Of a stretch of DNA of 64,000 bases, positions 62,568 to 64,000 are shown piece by piece; the stretch's first letter is position 1, and each line of letters opens with the position of its first letter. Origin of the DNA: Patellaria atrata CBS 101060 (lineage: Eukaryota); assembly GCA_010093705.1 (NCBI GenBank), contig MU006095.1, forward strand, positions 372,001 to 436,000, written 5' to 3'. Made by a program: the position numbers and the translations under genes. Below the pieces are notes generated by a model. It had not been told where the DNA came from, ran no database searches, and saw only the letters and a list, made by a program, of their open reading frames with translations.

Positions 62568-63149
62568 TCATCTACTTTGTTGCGGTGCTGCCATGCTCAT
62601 CCTTAACTGCCTCTCACGCTGGTGAGCTTGCAATGTCAACCTCTCGACAGCATAGCTCAACCTCTCCTTCTTTTGGCGCATCTGCTTAGCTTTTAGCTCT
62701 TCTAGACCTTCCAGTTCCCTTCCGCCTCCAGTACTTCCGCCGGCTCTTCCTGTGCTATTTCTCGAAAAGAGATTGTCTCTCGTGTCTTGGGATAATCGCC
62801 CTGCCTGAAGATTGTACTTTTGCTTTAAAGTTTCTTCTCTTCTCTCGAGTTTGGCGAGGTAATTAGAGACGCGTTGGAGGAGATTGTCAACTTCTGGCCG
62901 GATTTCGGAGATGAGGGATGACTGTGCAACTTGGAGATCGGGTTCCGAGATGAGCTCGAAATGCTTCAAATATATTAGATCTGAACCCCGAGTTCTATAT
63001 TTTCAGCTTGGACATACTCTTGTAGTTTGCAATACTTTCGCTAGCCGGGGGAAATCATTAACGCCAGAATCAAGTATTGAAATGCTAGAATCTAGAAGTT
63101 GCATGCTTGAGCGTAGAGATGCTACGCAGCCTTCAAGAGAATTGGCCAT
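62568..63149 (-). CDS. SPC19: DASH/Dam1 complex subunit Spc19
   Basis: Exons 63149-63018 and 62963-62568. SLEGCVASLRSSMQLLDSSISILDSGVNDFPRLAKVLQTTRHFELISE..LERRE..KKERLSYAVERLTLQ..RERQLR. Confidence 0.93.
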
Positions 63150-63427
63150 AACGTATCAAATTTTTGGCCGGTCCTAGGATTTTTCAAGAAGAGTAAAATC
63201 AGTTGTCAATGATGTTCCCCGAATACCTTATGTTTACTATCACGAAAAGTGGCTGATACGCCAAGTATTAAAGCTCCGAATCCGTTCAAGTCGGATTCGC
63301 AACATCATCCAGCTTGGCGTCCTTGCTCACCTTTCACGAAACGGCTTCGACCTCTTCCTCGTCCGATATCTCTCGCAACGACCGCAATTGAGCCACGAAC
63401 TTCACATTCCTCACAAAAATCAGCACA

Positions 63428-63991
63428 ATGAGTCTTCTAGGCAAGAAATGGCCAGCCCCTGTCGGTACGTCGGATGAACTTTCAATGGATGGAACATTAA
63501 GCTAATAGTGTAATAGCTCAGCCGATGGCTCCCTTCTATGCTGCCGGTACGTAACTTTACCACTTGAACCTTTGAGAACGTCGTGTTGGACCATACTCGT
63601 TAATGGACCTTCTCCATCAACGTGTCTTATTCTGAGGTTTGGGCGGACAGATGCGGATATTGATATCGGCAACGCGGAGAGATAGGAGATATTATAAAAC
63701 AGCCCTACTAACGTAATCATTCAGGTCTTGTCATCCTATACAGTGTTAATTCCTTCGCGAACGTTATGATTGCAAGTCAGTCTCCCTGTTTCAGTTCACC
63801 TCTCTGAGAAGATGTGTTTCTTGCGGACTTAGAACGCTGTATATATCATGCTCCTACAACCTCGAATCCTTACGACTCACTGTACAGCTGAAATAGGAAT
63901 ATGCTAATTACATAAAACAGCCGACGAATTCAAGAATGACCCGCGAAACCCGGCCGCAAAGTCAAACGCGCCACAACCGAATGGCCATTAG
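63428..63991 (+). CDS. ATP18: Mitochondrial ATP synthase subunit J (i/j)
   Basis: Exons 63428-63464, 63517-63546, 63725-63775, 63921-63991 give 62 aa: MSLLGKKWPAPVAQPMAPFYAAGLVILYSVNSFANVMIATDEFKNDPRNPAAKSNAPQPNGH. Not in the ORF track. Confidence 0.95.
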
Positions 63992-64000
63992 AGGAAGTCG

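Overview
Gene-dense, intron-rich DNA from a filamentous ascomycete (Pezizomycotina; short GT..AG introns with CTRAY branch points). I built about 23 intact protein-coding models by hand, including two micro-exon genes missed by the ORF track (SSS1, ATP18), plus an intron-containing tRNA-Leu(AAG) and a 100-N scaffold gap. Two blocks are mostly housekeeping: 1-24.1 kb (probable UBP3 5' end, MAG2/RNF10, ERG4, secreted GH37 trehalase, FAD monooxygenase, F-box-like protein, CFIm68-like RRM, SSS1, DCAF11/WDR23) and 41.7-64 kb (AIM11, cnxH/MOCS2B, RBM5/10-like, bZIP-DUF3425, POP7, LIP2, VPS64/SLMAP, SPC19, ATP18, three orphans). Between them is a gene-poor ~17 kb interval around the tRNA with a HET-domain pseudogene, an SRPK-like kinase pseudogene, other decayed fragments and two intact secreted-protein genes. 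Best leads: (1) the 733-nt last intron of the CFIm68/CPSF6-like gene has three branch-point/acceptor units, giving a premature-stop exon, an in-frame 228-nt Pro-rich cassette, or the conserved terminal exon; (2) a probable Ubp3/USP10 deubiquitinase lies head-to-head with the Mag2/RNF10 E3 ligase, its antagonist in 40S uS3 ubiquitination. All identifications are motif recognition from memory; no searches were run. No intact mobile element or CRISPR array was seen.
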